From assembly GCF_001194135.2 (NCBI RefSeq), contig NC_068982.1:123220977-123284976 (forward strand): a DNA stretch of 64,000 nt, read 5' to 3'. Below, piece after piece: positions 63,650 to 64,000 of this stretch. The notes under the pieces are model-generated. The model searched no databases. It saw nothing but the letters and a program-made list of their open reading frames with translations, and was not told the DNA's origin. A program made the position numbers and the translations under genes. Source of the stretch: Octopus bimaculoides (Eukaryota). The number at the start of each line of letters is the position of its first letter. Position 1 is the first letter of the stretch.

Positions 63650-64000
63650 TCTCTTGTATTACTACATATATATTTAATTATAATGCATACACATATATAC
63701 GTACATAAATATGTATATGTGTGTGTATGTATGGATGTATGTGTGAATATTTGTATGTGTGTATATTTGTGTTTGTGTGCATGTATGTATGTATATATAT
63801 ATATATATATATATAATTATAATATGTATATAATATATATATGTATGTATATAATATATATGTATGTATATATTATATATATATATTTATGTATGAATAT
63901 ATATATATATATATTTATGTATGTATATATATATATATATATATTTATGTATGTATATATATATATATATATTTATGTATGTATATATATATATATATAT
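63650..64000. repeat. Compound (TA)n/(TATG)n repeat with about 30-bp higher-order period at the end
   Basis: (TA)n-TTTATGTATG blocks repeated about four times from 63880. Confidence 0.9.

Overview
AT-rich, microsatellite- and transposon-dense animal genomic DNA with eight N gaps. The repeat landscape (RTE LINEs with (GAT)n tails, tRNA-derived SINEs, long CA/TA/CT runs) suggests a cephalopod such as octopus; that is an inference. One protein-coding gene is supported, on the + strand: the 3' part of an EEIG1/FAM102A-family gene. It has six GT-AG exons with mutually consistent phases (14420-14610, 30543-30697, 31364-31532, 50011-50065, 51517-51628, 53851-53903; 735 nt = 244 aa + TGA). I could not find the upstream NT-C2 exons, so they probably lie before the window. 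The introns contain decayed Tc1, maT (DD37D), pogo and MITE DNA transposons, several RTE LINE copies and modular SINEs. The most interesting unexplained signals are: (i) two frame-preserving candidate microexons (12 nt and 24 nt) in the 18.5-kb intron, both keeping the split AG|A Arg codon; (ii) minimal type-I hammerhead ribozyme motifs, one fused to a tRNA-like Pol III head, suggesting a Penelope-related SINE; (iii) a 66-bp structured tandem module in the RTE 3' UTR; (iv) an apparently identical 159-bp direct repeat bracketing two exons; and (v) a perfect 25-bp-arm fold-back palindrome. All coordinates were counted by hand; repeat boundaries are approximate.
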